A stretch of DNA of 64,000 bases from a virus (Duplodnaviria; Caudoviricetes), in the IMG/VR virus record IMGVR_UViG_3300028048_000142, positions 106 to 64,105 of that record, one strand, 5' to 3'. The notes beneath the pieces are model-generated. The model was not told where the DNA came from. It ran no database searches and worked only from the letters and a program-made list of their open reading frames with translations. Shown here one piece after another: positions 48,924-60,031 of the stretch; positions within the stretch are counted from its first letter, which is position 1; every line of letters begins with the position of its first letter. Made by a program: the position numbers and the translations under genes.

Positions 48924-50350
48924 GTGAACTACTCCTACCCCGTAAAGGGCTTGTGCTTCCTACTTCAACTAGGCTGAATGAGTTTCAAACCCCATTTGGA
49001 TTTGAAGTCATTCAACCTATCCATAGGCACTTCCCTGAGTTCCTCAGGTGTTTCTTTATCAGTTATTAAATGATAAATTAAAATCATATTATTAGCAGCA
49101 TGAACATCTCGATCATTCGTATAACCGCATTCACATGTATAAGTTCTTTCACTTAACGGCATTTTATGCTTAGAGAAACATTTAGGGCATAACTGAGTCG
49201 TTGGAAGCCATTTATTTAATACATGACAGTTATCTAGCTTTTTAGTTTTGCTTTTAACACGTCCTAAGATTTCATGTTGCATCCTTTTACCATATCTGCG
49301 TTTCCAATTTTTTAATTGTTCATCTTGCATTAACACAGTCTTATGGTTTTTAAGTTCATGAACAAGTTTATTAGCTTTATCCTCTTTAATATTATCTAAT
49401 TTGTTATACAGCTTATTAAGCTGGTGTTTTGTTTTATACCAGTTTTTAGAACCTTTGACTTTCCTAGAAAGTTCACGTTGTTTACGTTTTATCTTTTCAA
49501 TCAGTTTAAGATCTACTGTTGATTTAATTTTCTTACCGTTAGAAAAAGTAAAAGCATCTTTAATACCATAATCAATACCTATTTCCTCAGATGTTCTAGG
49601 TATTGACTCTTCTTTTTCAACATAGACAGTTACATGAATAAAATAACCCTCTGCAGTATGAACAAGTTTAGCATATTGAATATCAAAATCACCTTTGATA
49701 TTTTTAAGTTGCTCACCGCCATTAATTCTTAAAGTTCCTTTAATCCCTTGGATATGAATTCTAGTGTAGTTTTCATTGAAAGTAAAAGTGTTTCCATACT
49801 GTTTTAATGGGATTGCTTTAACATATTTGCAGTGTTTTAATTTGCCTACTTTTTGACCGTTTGATTTTTTAGCATGTAAAGAATTTAAACTGTATTGAAT
49901 CCATTCTACAGTACCACGGCGCATTTGAGAACTTAAATGATTTAATTTAACTTCTACATCATTCTTATCTTTATCTTTGTGGGTTATTGTTTTTATCTTA
50001 GTATCAAAATCTTTTAAATTATTTCCTTTTTCTAAAAAATCCAAAACAAAGTTTTTATACCATTTTGCTTCTACATAAAGCATTTTAAAATCATTTTTAA
50101 CTTTATTATTCAGCTTATTTTCTTGAAGTTTGAGAATAAAAGTTTTGATAAGCATATTTGAATGCTTTTCTTTATTCATCTCTTTAGTCAGTCTACCTTT
50201 TTCGTATGCTTCTGCTCTATTCAAGTTAAAAACCTCTTTTAAATACTTTTATTGTATAATATACTATATATATTTATATGTCAAGCATTTTTTTTTATTT
50301 TTTATTGCCTTGTTCCCCACACCGTAAAGGTGTGGGGTTTTGTGGGGATT
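48924..50350 (-). mobile_element. IS605/IS1341-type element (TnpB only)
   Basis: Left hairpin CCCCACACCTTTACGGTGTGGGG; right end GAAGCACAAGCCCTTTACGGGGTAGGAGTAGTTCAC. Confidence 0.82.
48965..50224 (-). CDS. tnpB: TnpB RNA-guided nuclease
   Basis: GIDYG, QDE, TTQLCPKC..CECG zinc finger, DRDVHAANN. Confidence 0.92.
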   Translation of the reverse strand: MNRAEAYEKGRLTKEMNKEKHSNMLIKTFILKLQENKLNNKVKNDFKMLYVEAKWYKNFVLDFLEKGNNLKDFDTKIKTITHKDKDKNDVEVKLNHLSSQMRRGTVEWIQYSLNSLHAKKSNGQKVGKLKHCKYVKAIPLKQYGNTFTFNENYTRIHIQGIKGTLRINGGEQLKNIKGDFDIQYAKLVHTAEGYFIHVTVYVEKEESIPRTSEEIGIDYGIKDAFTFSNGKKIKSTVDLKLIEKIKRKQRELSRKVKGSKNWYKTKHQLNKLYNKLDNIKEDKANKLVHELKNHKTVLMQDEQLKNWKRRYGKRMQHEILGRVKSKTKKLDNCHVLNKWLPTTQLCPKCFSKHKMPLSERTYTCECGYTNDRDVHAANNMILIYHLITDKETPEELREVPMDRLNDFKSKWGLKLIQPS

Positions 50351-50365
50351 GCAAAACCTTTTTAA

Positions 50366-50908
50366 TTATTTGGTATACTTTTTAATAAGCTTTTTTAATT
50401 GTTTAATTACATCATCAAAATCAAGTTCTTCACTTTCTGTAACACGATTATAATATTTATAGCCTTTTGAAGAAAAAAGTGATTTTAATATACCTGATGC
50501 AGTATTTAAAATATCTTGAATGAATTTGCACAATTCTTTAATAGTAATACCTTTTCCAACTTCTTTATATGCTGAAAAGATTTTTTGCAAATACATTTCA
50601 ACTTTTTCACTCATTGACTTCTTTTTATGTACTTTATATTGGTCTTTAATCTGGTTTGCCATTTCAGATGCATTCTCTAATGCATCATCGGAAATTTTAC
50701 CGGTTCTTAAATCAAACGGCAACATTTTATTAAATCCTAAATTATCAAATACATTTACTAGATCACCGTCTTTATATTCAACTGCAAAAATACGATATCT
50801 TTTTGTACGTTTATCTTCGCCGCAATAAACAGTAACACCATTCTCAGATGATTGCTGTTCATCTTCTAAGATTTCATTTTCAATTAAAAATTGTTTAAAA
50901 CTGATCAT
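50366..50908 (-). CDS. predicted internal head protein
   Basis: Likely start MISFKQFLIE, close to the T4 IP targeting sequence; VTES site. Confidence 0.6.
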   Translation of the reverse strand: MISFKQFLIENEILEDEQQSSENGVTVYCGEDKRTKRYRIFAVEYKDGDLVNVFDNLGFNKMLPFDLRTGKISDDALENASEMANQIKDQYKVHKKKSMSEKVEMYLQKIFSAYKEVGKGITIKELCKFIQDILNTASGILKSLFSSKGYKYYNRVTESEELDFDDVIKQLKKLIKKYTK

Positions 50909-50918
50909 ACTATATTCC

Positions 50919-52214
50919 TTAAACTTTTGTAACCCAGCAAACAACACCCTCGTTGATTACTGCATATTTATCATTATCAATTTCAACAATATCACCGCTT
51001 TTATACGAATAAATTGAAGGTGTCCACATCATGTATAATTCACCATAGCAGCTATCAATGAACCCCGGAACACGTACCTGACGCAAATATACCTCATTTT
51101 CATCTTCAAGATATGGTAAACTGTATGCACTGCACATTGGAGATACTAATTGATCTGCAGTAGCATTTGTATGACGGAATGTTTTAACATTATCATAATT
51201 AGGCATTGAAACTGAATTATTTGATGGCATCGTTCCAACAAGGTTGCCTAATGTGTGAAGTTTACTCATAAATAAGCAGCAATTTTTTCCAAATAACACC
51301 CGGTGTTTGTGTTCATGGTCTTCATAGTCGAGTGGTTGTGCAAACCAATATCGCAAATTGTATTTTGAATTTGCATCTAAATTACTGTTTGGTTGATGTA
51401 TTTCGTATTTTTCTGCATCACCATAGCTGGCGCTAGCATACCAACCAACCGGCAATGTTTTGTCTAAAACCAAATTATCGGATACATTTTCATCAAATGA
51501 GAATGTTAATAATTGCGGTTGAACTGCCATATAATTATTATAATCTTTAGAAAACCTGTATAATGCACAGCATAAACTGTTATTACCATTTACTAATGAT
51601 TTATAAAATACTAAATCAACTTCATTGGTAAGACGCTCTACATTATAGAACATATAACCACTGCTGTTATTTCCGGTCCAATACACTACAGTTATTTCAA
51701 TTTTATTATTTAATATAATAAAAGGGAAAAACAAATTATACTCATTCTGATTTTCTCCATCGCTTGGTTTTGAATATCTTGATGCCATGCCTACGGCAAA
51801 CATTGGTAATAGTAAATGGTAATCGCTAGGTTTTATACTATCCCAGTTGTTCACATATATAGATTCAATAGACGGATCTATGTTCATTGCAAGAACAAGC
51901 TTATTATCAATAAACCCGATTGAAAGAACCAGATTATTTTTAGATAAACCTAAAAATACTAAATCGCTTTGATATCTTCCGCCATTTTGAACCCATACAT
52001 CATTGAAATTCCTTGCATGTTGTCCATCATACAATGGCGCACCGGTCATTTCATCAGAACCGTAAGTGATTCTTGACAGTTCAAGAATTTCAGGATTGTT
52101 TGTACGTATCAATGTAATAATGTTATTTAATAATGTATTAAGTTTTTCACTTAATGTATCGGTTGAACTGTCATAGTCAACTGAATATTTAACTTTGTGT
52201 TTAACTGCTGTCAT
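50919..52214 (-). CDS. virion protein, paralogue 3
   Basis: Shared N-terminus (YSVDYDSS.D.LSEKLN) and C-terminus (PGF..C.GELY..W.P..GDIV). Confidence 0.75.
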   Translation of the reverse strand: MTAVKHKVKYSVDYDSSTDTLSEKLNTLLNNIITLIRTNNPEILELSRITYGSDEMTGAPLYDGQHARNFNDVWVQNGGRYQSDLVFLGLSKNNLVLSIGFIDNKLVLAMNIDPSIESIYVNNWDSIKPSDYHLLLPMFAVGMASRYSKPSDGENQNEYNLFFPFIILNNKIEITVVYWTGNNSSGYMFYNVERLTNEVDLVFYKSLVNGNNSLCCALYRFSKDYNNYMAVQPQLLTFSFDENVSDNLVLDKTLPVGWYASASYGDAEKYEIHQPNSNLDANSKYNLRYWFAQPLDYEDHEHKHRVLFGKNCCLFMSKLHTLGNLVGTMPSNNSVSMPNYDNVKTFRHTNATADQLVSPMCSAYSLPYLEDENEVYLRQVRVPGFIDSCYGELYMMWTPSIYSYKSGDIVEIDNDKYAVINEGVVCWVTKV

Positions 52215-52223
52215 TTTAAACTC

Positions 52224-53339
52224 CTAAATTCTTACTGCCCATGTAACAATGCCAGTTCCTAAAATTACAAAATTTTTATTGTCACACGATACTATATCGC
52301 CTATTGCAAATGTAGTTTCCGATGGTGTCCACATCAAATAAATTTCACCAATGCATTTATTATTAAAACCCGGAATATGAACTTTTCGGAAATATCCCTG
52401 CTCTTCACCGATAAATGGTAGATTATAAGGTGTTAATAATGGTGAAACTACATTGTTTTTAGTATTTATACTTTCAAATGAACCCATCTGATTTGATGCA
52501 TTTGAATTATCACATCCATTCATACCGCCTAAAGTATGAAGATAAGCCATGCCTTTACATTCAAAACGGTTTACATAAAATCCGTTAGATGTATAATAAC
52601 CAAACCATTCTCTTAAATCTGTTTTAGAATTACAGAATACCGAACTTAAAGCAGTTGCATTTAACCTTTGATCTGTAATTATACTTATCTGCTCATTAAA
52701 TGAGAAAGCAAGTAAACAGTTATTTGCTTTAGTAATTGCACATCCAAGACTTTGAGTATTTTGATCATCTTCAACGGTTTTAAAAAATGTTAAAATATTT
52801 GTCCCGAATTTATAACCGCTTGAATTTAATCCATACCAGTAAACAACATCAATGCTTATTGTATTATTTGCAACATTATAAGCTGTATTGATATTATATC
52901 TGTTATATGCAGTACCGGTATTTGTAACATATCTACATGCTTTTGCCACGGCAAAAACATTTAATGAATCAGATGTTTTAATATTGTTCCAGTTATCCAT
53001 ATATGTAGACTCAATAGATGGGTCTACATTCATTGAAATAACCAATCTGCCGCCATAAAAACATACCGAAAATACAAGATTATTCTTTGATGTACCTAAA
53101 AAAACTACATCACTTTCAAATCTTCTATTACTTTCGGTAAGATTTGTATTGCCATTGTATAACGGTGCATTGGTCATTTCCTCGGAATTATATTCAATTC
53201 TTGTAAGTTCTAACAATGATGGATTATGTGAACGTATTAAATTTATTATATTATCTAATAATATATTTAATTTTTCACTTAATACATCATTTGAACTATC
53301 ATAAGAAACTGAATATGTTTCTTTTTGTTTTACCGTCAT
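52224..53339 (-). CDS. virion protein, paralogue 2
   Basis: Same conserved blocks as neighbours. Confidence 0.75.
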   Translation of the reverse strand: MTVKQKETYSVSYDSSNDVLSEKLNILLDNIINLIRSHNPSLLELTRIEYNSEEMTNAPLYNGNTNLTESNRRFESDVVFLGTSKNNLVFSVCFYGGRLVISMNVDPSIESTYMDNWNNIKTSDSLNVFAVAKACRYVTNTGTAYNRYNINTAYNVANNTISIDVVYWYGLNSSGYKFGTNILTFFKTVEDDQNTQSLGCAITKANNCLLAFSFNEQISIITDQRLNATALSSVFCNSKTDLREWFGYYTSNGFYVNRFECKGMAYLHTLGGMNGCDNSNASNQMGSFESINTKNNVVSPLLTPYNLPFIGEEQGYFRKVHIPGFNNKCIGEIYLMWTPSETTFAIGDIVSCDNKNFVILGTGIVTWAVRI

Positions 53340-53348
53340 AGATGCACC

Positions 53349-54572
53349 TTAATTAATTCTAACTGCATAACATACAATACCCTCGGTGATAATACCAAAC
53401 TGTTTATCATCAACATTGATAATATCACCAGAAGTGTATTTAGAAGTATTTGGTGAATAGAATAAATACAGTTCACCTTTACAATATTTATTAAATCCCG
53501 GAATTCTTAATTTACGCAAATAACAGTCATCATTCTGAACATACGGAATATTATATGCTGTTAATAATGGCGATACGAAACTATCATTATTCGGAATTGT
53601 GGTTGTAACTGTTTCAATTTCCGGTAAAACATTTGTATTATCGTTACTAGTCTGTCGGATACCTAAAGAACCGCCGATTGTGTGAATGTATGCCATTCCA
53701 TTACCGTCTTGGAAACCATATTTATCTGTAGTTGTTTTAAACCATTGACGGATTTCATATGCACTGTTTGTAATTGATGGATTTGATGAATAAGATAAAC
53801 ATAATGTTGCATTTGCATCATTACCATCAAAATACAGCTTATCAGCCATATTGTTTGTAAGGTTTTCATCAAATGACCAAGCAAGTATAGTAGCTGGCAT
53901 TGCACGGCAAGTTGATGTAGTTGCAGATGAATATCTCCATAAGGCACAGCCTAAACCTTGCGTTCCTGATGAATTTTCAACGGTTTTATAGAATACTAAA
54001 TCAACGCCATTTGTTACACCGTTTGAATTATAGAACATATAAGCATTTGAATAGTCACCATTCCAGTAAACTACATCAAGTTTAATAATTCCATTTGCAA
54101 TTACATACGGAAGATTTACATTATAGCATTGATAAAATGCATTAGCAGCATTACTTCCGTCATCGTACCATTTTGCTGCACGGGTGGTACAATATGGTGG
54201 AACATTATTTGCTGAATGACCGGTTTTATACTCAGCCCAACGGTCTACATACATCTGCTCAATGGACGGATCTATGTTCATTGCAATGGTCAATCTGCCA
54301 TTATAAAAACATAATGACAGTACAATATTGTCTTTATCAGTACCTAAGAAAACCACATCACTCTGATAATGGTATGATGCACCGGTATCATATAAAGGCG
54401 CACCTGTCATTTCATCTGAACCGTAATCAATACGTGTTAATTCAGTCAATTCTGAATTATTACGCAAGATTAAATTTATTATATTATCTAATAATAAATT
54501 TAATTTATCACTTAAAGTATCGATTGAACTATCGTATTCAACTGTATATGTAACTTTTTGTTTAACTGTCAT
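53349..54572 (-). CDS. virion protein, paralogue 1
   Basis: Same conserved blocks; likely start MTVKQK. Confidence 0.75.
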   Translation of the reverse strand: MTVKQKVTYTVEYDSSIDTLSDKLNLLLDNIINLILRNNSELTELTRIDYGSDEMTGAPLYDTGASYHYQSDVVFLGTDKDNIVLSLCFYNGRLTIAMNIDPSIEQMYVDRWAEYKTGHSANNVPPYCTTRAAKWYDDGSNAANAFYQCYNVNLPYVIANGIIKLDVVYWNGDYSNAYMFYNSNGVTNGVDLVFYKTVENSSGTQGLGCALWRYSSATTSTCRAMPATILAWSFDENLTNNMADKLYFDGNDANATLCLSYSSNPSITNSAYEIRQWFKTTTDKYGFQDGNGMAYIHTIGGSLGIRQTSNDNTNVLPEIETVTTTIPNNDSFVSPLLTAYNIPYVQNDDCYLRKLRIPGFNKYCKGELYLFYSPNTSKYTSGDIINVDDKQFGIITEGIVCYAVRIN

Positions 54573-54597
54573 GGTATGTTCCTTTTTTTTTAAAATT

Positions 54598-56463
54598 TTA
54601 ATTCTGACTATCGGTATTGATTTCCACATCTACCGCCATATCAAATACCCTTGTATCACTGTATAACAATGTATCATCTGAATACACATTAAGAGTGAAA
54701 TTATTATGTGACTGATCGCCCGGTGCTTCAAAGTGGATAGTTTTTCCAATTGCATTGATATTATTGATAAGTGTATCAAATTCAATAACAATCTTATCAC
54801 TAGAACTTGTATTTGCCTTGTAAAAATAGACACCATCAAACCCATTACTATCGTAGTAGTTGTGATCTACACTAGGTACTACATAGATATGAACCGGGAA
54901 CTCATTACCCTCGGTATCTTTATAAACCTTTACAATATCGGTCTTACGATCTGTTACTCGATTCTCATAGAAGTCAAGACCCGATATTGAGGTTGCTCTA
55001 AAGTTGATATATTGCCCCTCTGTAAGATTTGTAAACTCAATCTTAAATTTATGATTTACATCATCTTGATTTGATGCGTATGTATCAAAATAATAGGTTA
55101 ATGTATAACACTGCCCACTGCCATTAAAATCTGTTAAATTCTCATTAACATTTTCTTCATGGTATAACAGATTATCATCTTCATCATATAATGCATAATT
55201 AGCATACTTCGCATTTGACGGTGTTCTGAAGGTTTGACCATACCTGATTGTTAAACCTTGTAACAATTCACGTTTAATATCATCTGTGAATTGAATTGTA
55301 ATAGTTAACGGCTCACTGGTATTTAACGGACATATAGTTGTCATCGGTGAAACTCTTTGTGACTGCTCTAAGGCAAACAAATTATGCGGTGCATAATCAT
55401 CAACACCGTTATCATACCACCATCTTGAACTTATAGATACAGTACAATTGTATGTATTTCCATCATCATCACTGAATACAATGTTTTCAGAAGTTGCCGC
55501 TGCACTTCTAGGACTTAAACATTCTACATAGGTTAAATGTTCAAATTTACCATCACCCATTACACCTTGAGATGTTTTATTAACGTCATTATATGAGGTT
55601 AATACAATCTTGTACTTACCCTCATGTTGTACATTTGTACTATCATAATGGTATTCGTTATCATCGGTATTAAATGATAAAGTTGTACTGTCTAATAATT
55701 TCCATGTTTCTAAATCATTTGATACAAATAATTTAAATTTAACCGGAACATTATCATCGTTAATATCATTAAAGGTTAAACTTTCAATATCACTTCTTTG
55801 TATTTTAGTCTGGAATGTTATGCGGTAAATTAAATCCTCATTGGAATCTCCCTCAATAGTATTCCAAGGTGTACCGCCCCATGACTGTGAAACATCTTCA
55901 ACAAAAAATGCAGACGGATTATAAGAATTGTTATTTGATTCAGTTCTACCGTTTAAATATTCAACAACTGCATTTATATCATGATTGTTTGAATCTGTGA
56001 AAACTACATTTTCAGATATTGCATTTGTTTCAAATGTAGAAGTAGTTTCTTTAAATCTTAAACCGTTAAAACGACCATTAGACAAAGTAGCACTTGTATA
56101 ATTGTTGGGTGTTTTAGTTATTTCAACTTTATAATATTTAACTGCACTCTGCTGTTTAGCGGTTTCAACCAGCGATAATGTATCAACAATTGAATCTAAA
56201 TCAACATCCTCAATCAAAGCATTGCTAAGATTATGATTGAAAAAATCAGATTCCTCATCGTTTAATACAAAACTGTCAGCAAATATATCACTGCTTGTAT
56301 CAAGCAATACATTTGAAGGATTCTGATTAAAATAATCGGATTCTTCAATTAATTCATGTCCGATTGTAAATTTATCACGGTCTTCATCGATTAAAACATT
56401 TGAAAGATTCTGATTAAAATAATCAGCTTCTTCAAATTTTTTAATTTTACTAAAAATATCCAT
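54598..56463 (-). CDS. virion protein with three N-terminal repeats and repeated beta domains
   Basis: EE.D(Y/F)FN.N.SN.L three times; repeated ENxVF(S/T)D domain also seen in 56473-57237. Confidence 0.7.
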   Translation of the reverse strand: MDIFSKIKKFEEADYFNQNLSNVLIDEDRDKFTIGHELIEESDYFNQNPSNVLLDTSSDIFADSFVLNDEESDFFNHNLSNALIEDVDLDSIVDTLSLVETAKQQSAVKYYKVEITKTPNNYTSATLSNGRFNGLRFKETTSTFETNAISENVVFTDSNNHDINAVVEYLNGRTESNNNSYNPSAFFVEDVSQSWGGTPWNTIEGDSNEDLIYRITFQTKIQRSDIESLTFNDINDDNVPVKFKLFVSNDLETWKLLDSTTLSFNTDDNEYHYDSTNVQHEGKYKIVLTSYNDVNKTSQGVMGDGKFEHLTYVECLSPRSAAATSENIVFSDDDGNTYNCTVSISSRWWYDNGVDDYAPHNLFALEQSQRVSPMTTICPLNTSEPLTITIQFTDDIKRELLQGLTIRYGQTFRTPSNAKYANYALYDEDDNLLYHEENVNENLTDFNGSGQCYTLTYYFDTYASNQDDVNHKFKIEFTNLTEGQYINFRATSISGLDFYENRVTDRKTDIVKVYKDTEGNEFPVHIYVVPSVDHNYYDSNGFDGVYFYKANTSSSDKIVIEFDTLINNINAIGKTIHFEAPGDQSHNNFTLNVYSDDTLLYSDTRVFDMAVDVEINTDSQN

Positions 56464-56472
56464 TTTTATATC

Positions 56473-57237
56473 CTAAGATGCAAAAATATTGCCTCGTTCA
56501 AGTACTTCTACAGTATTTATAAATTCTTCCAGAGGGTCAAATGTTACATCTTCAATTGTACTGTTTTCCTCATTTGTATTCAAGGTTATTCGACCTTTCT
56601 GATCTATGATTTCAGTTATACTTGTATAAACAACGGTATTGAGATTGTTAATAATCTCATAAGTCACAGTTAGATTTCCACCCGTTGTATAAACAAAAAA
56701 ATTCATATCTGAAATATACTCATAAAGAATATTATTATTGAAATGAATTGTTGCAACAAATGTATCCACATTATCAGCACCTATACATCTTTGATATTTA
56801 GATGTTCTTTTGCCATAAGGGGCAAACATATTATGCGGTGCATTATCATCTTCAGAATTATCCGAATTCCTAGAACTTATTGAAATTGTACATGGAAATT
56901 CAACACCATCGGAATTTTCAAAAATACATTCTTCAATGAGATTTGAGGGATTTGCAGCACTTGAACATTCTTTATATTCGAGGTTTAAAAATTTAACATT
57001 CTGCAATCCGAGAAGATTTGTACTAGCGGCAATATTCTTATCACGTTCAATAGTGATTCGTACCGTGTACGTGTTCAAGGTTTCTTCTGCAACGATGCAC
57101 AAAATATCATACTTCGTACATGTGGTAAGCCATTCTTCTGAAATTGTATTCAACACATAACGTGAATCGGCAAACTTTCTATGAAAGTCTTCCGTAAACC
57201 GTTTTGTGCCTTGTTTATCAAGATATTGTTCGCTCAC
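56473..57237 (-). CDS. virion fibre-like protein
   Basis: GTG start; YLDKQG..RF motif shared with 60032 and 62039 ORFs. Confidence 0.65.
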   Translation of the reverse strand: MSEQYLDKQGTKRFTEDFHRKFADSRYVLNTISEEWLTTCTKYDILCIVAEETLNTYTVRITIERDKNIAASTNLLGLQNVKFLNLEYKECSSAANPSNLIEECIFENSDGVEFPCTISISSRNSDNSEDDNAPHNMFAPYGKRTSKYQRCIGADNVDTFVATIHFNNNILYEYISDMNFFVYTTGGNLTVTYEIINNLNTVVYTSITEIIDQKGRITLNTNEENSTIEDVTFDPLEEFINTVEVLERGNIFAS

Positions 57238-57285
57238 AATTACCCCCAATAAAAGCCCCCACAAAAAGCGGGAGCATAATCATAT

Positions 57286-59961
57286 TTAACCACCAGATAC
57301 CACAGTTGTAAATGAGTTAGTTCCGGCATTGATAAATGACAGTTTGATAAATTCAGCTACGTATGTAGGCTTGATATAGATATCAACAATCATCTGATTC
57401 TGACTGATAACATATGGTGTGTTATTAGTTTCATCACAAACAGTATAGTAATCCTGAATACCACGTCCGGCTTGAACATTTGCCAGATACGGATTGATAA
57501 TGCTCAAAATTCTGTTACGTGTGAATGAATCATTAAATTCAAATACCTGATACTTCGACATCTTAGCTAATGCACGTTCAATGTGATTGAATAAATGCCT
57601 GATATTCAATCTATCAAATGAACTTGCTTTATCAAGCAAGGTCTTTTGACCCCACAATACAACACCCTGAGATGGGAAAGAACAAATGATATTAACATTA
57701 TTCTTGTATAAATCATCTCTCTGTGACTGGTTAGGGTTGAATGCGAGTTTAGTTACATTCTTTAACTGACCTCTATTCAAACCTGCAGATGCCCACCATG
57801 GGTCTAATTCAGCATTGGTCTGCGCTCTTAAACCGGCAACGTCACCGGCAAAGTTAACCCACCGATATGTATCATTATATCTATCATACTGATACTTATA
57901 ATTACCAAATAATGCACAGAACATATTAGATAATGATTCTGTAGAGCCTACACCTCGACCGGAAACCATGCCGTTACCTTTACGATAACCAATCAATGCT
58001 TTAGTAGCATTTGGTGAAGTCTGACCTACACAATCTTCGTATCTTGCACCGATATATGCTACACAGTCAGCACGTGCATTTGCAAGAAGTATTGCTGAAT
58101 AACCGTCATCACGTTCATTTGCAATAATAATATCAATATCCAAATCATCTTTATTTGAGAATACATTATATGCATTTATCAAATCATCAGTCTGAATTGA
58201 ACTGTCGGTAGCATTCCATAAGGTTAATGTTCTACCTTTATAGGAATGAATTGTCTGTGTTCTGCAAGTGTAGTTATCAAGGCTTATAGTATATGCGGTA
58301 GACTGTGCCGGTGCTGTTACAGAAGAACTTGTAATATCAGCCCAAGTTAAACCGTGTTCATCAACACAGTTAGTCCAAGTTTCATACTGTGTACCTTTCA
58401 AATCATTTGCAGTTGTAACAGTAAAATCAATCTCGTTGTTTACAGAATCAAGATTGTACTTGTTTACAGCAATCTCAATATACTTTGATGTATCTGATAA
58501 ATCAGTAAATCTTACAATCTTAATTACGTTATCATACAGCACATAAGATGCAACATCAGGATAATCATCGATTACATCAATTTCATGTAATGGAATTGAC
58601 TCGTTAACAATTGCAAAAATCTTGCTTGAACGTCTGTTAATAACATTTTCAATGTACAATGAATTGTTATTAGAATCCACCTCATCTTTATCAAGTGAGC
58701 AAACAAACTTTTCAACCACTTCATCATTAACAGGATCATAAACAACAACCGCCATTTGATGTGTATGGGTTTCAGGTGGATAGTCAAATACATTATCTAG
58801 CGGAATACCGTCAGATACATAACGTGCAATAAAGCCATCTTCATCCGGTCCGTAATTCTTTTTGAAATCTCTAGGATTTGCAATAACAATCTTATATCTT
58901 GCCATATCAGTTCCCGGATTCCGTGAAAAGAATTTAAGTTTACTCTGTGCTGGAAATGCAAATGAGAATTGCTTATTTTCAAGTTTATAGGTAAACTCTG
59001 AATCGTTTTTAATCTGTTTGTTTGTATTAAACAAATCATACATATCAACCATTGATTTAGCAAGATATCTAATCTTTCTCAATGGGTAGTTTGCTTCGCT
59101 AGGCAGTTTATGTGCGTTGCATTCTGCATCAGTAATATCAGTTCTTAAATACAGTGGAATACGGATATAGTCACCGTTGCTGTCTAAGAGATTGTCAATA
59201 GTATCTGCATTTCGTAAAGTTGTAACACCGTTATTCACACTGTCAGTAATGGTGAAATTGTTAAAATCGTATGCAAGGGCTTCGCATGAACCGTTAAAAA
59301 GTTCAGTGATTTTGAAAATCTTGCATAATGGATTTATAGCATTTGTAGATACAATTCCAACCGGATATGGGGTATTGAATGAATAGCTTGAAGAGCCGCT
59401 TGAAGTTGTAGCAATCGTAAAGTTAACAGGTTTATTCAATACCAGTGCATACAAAGGTGCATTATTAACAATTGTATCAATTATCCCAGTAATAATGTAT
59501 CTAGGCTGATCTATAGCAGTATTCTTATCCGGTGCAAATGAAATTATATCACCTACATTCAAGGTTGTTTTCTTATCAATTACAACAATTTCATCATCTG
59601 TGCCGATACCGAATTGAGACAAACCGTATGGCTGAATACCGTAACCGGATTCAGATGTTATAGTTTCAACCTTTAAATCGGTATCTTTAGGCGCCCCGTT
59701 CATGTTTCCGGCTCTTGAAACAAGCAAGTGATTACCGTACTGTAAAAAATTATAACCTTGATACCATTCATTGTAGTTATCATTTTTTGGAAGACCATAA
59801 ATGTCTTCATATTGTGCAACGGTTGAAATTAAACTGTAATCATCAATAGGTCCACGGGTAAACATACCACCTAATACCGCAACGGTGGAACTTACCACTG
59901 GAACAATTTCCGACATGTCCTTTTCATCAACGTATACGCCGGGGGAAAGCATCTCAGCCAT
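57286..59961 (-). CDS. gp18: tail sheath protein (large, with insertions)
   Basis: LSPGVYVDEKD, PWWASAGLNRG, LWGQKT, FDRLNIR.LF, FEFND, YIKPT. Confidence 0.97.
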   Translation of the reverse strand: MAEMLSPGVYVDEKDMSEIVPVVSSTVAVLGGMFTRGPIDDYSLISTVAQYEDIYGLPKNDNYNEWYQGYNFLQYGNHLLVSRAGNMNGAPKDTDLKVETITSESGYGIQPYGLSQFGIGTDDEIVVIDKKTTLNVGDIISFAPDKNTAIDQPRYIITGIIDTIVNNAPLYALVLNKPVNFTIATTSSGSSSYSFNTPYPVGIVSTNAINPLCKIFKITELFNGSCEALAYDFNNFTITDSVNNGVTTLRNADTIDNLLDSNGDYIRIPLYLRTDITDAECNAHKLPSEANYPLRKIRYLAKSMVDMYDLFNTNKQIKNDSEFTYKLENKQFSFAFPAQSKLKFFSRNPGTDMARYKIVIANPRDFKKNYGPDEDGFIARYVSDGIPLDNVFDYPPETHTHQMAVVVYDPVNDEVVEKFVCSLDKDEVDSNNNSLYIENVINRRSSKIFAIVNESIPLHEIDVIDDYPDVASYVLYDNVIKIVRFTDLSDTSKYIEIAVNKYNLDSVNNEIDFTVTTANDLKGTQYETWTNCVDEHGLTWADITSSSVTAPAQSTAYTISLDNYTCRTQTIHSYKGRTLTLWNATDSSIQTDDLINAYNVFSNKDDLDIDIIIANERDDGYSAILLANARADCVAYIGARYEDCVGQTSPNATKALIGYRKGNGMVSGRGVGSTESLSNMFCALFGNYKYQYDRYNDTYRWVNFAGDVAGLRAQTNAELDPWWASAGLNRGQLKNVTKLAFNPNQSQRDDLYKNNVNIICSFPSQGVVLWGQKTLLDKASSFDRLNIRHLFNHIERALAKMSKYQVFEFNDSFTRNRILSIINPYLANVQAGRGIQDYYTVCDETNNTPYVISQNQMIVDIYIKPTYVAEFIKLSFINAGTNSFTTVVSGG

Positions 59962-60031
59962 TTTTAAACCTCTAATACAATATATACTTTTATTTATATT
60001 TATATTTTATTCAAAATTTTTTTAAAACTTT

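Noticed and set aside
50919-54572. Diversity-generating retroelement or invertase shufflon acting on the three paralogues
   Set aside because: No reverse transcriptase, adenine-specific repeat pair, recombinase or inverted cassettes seen
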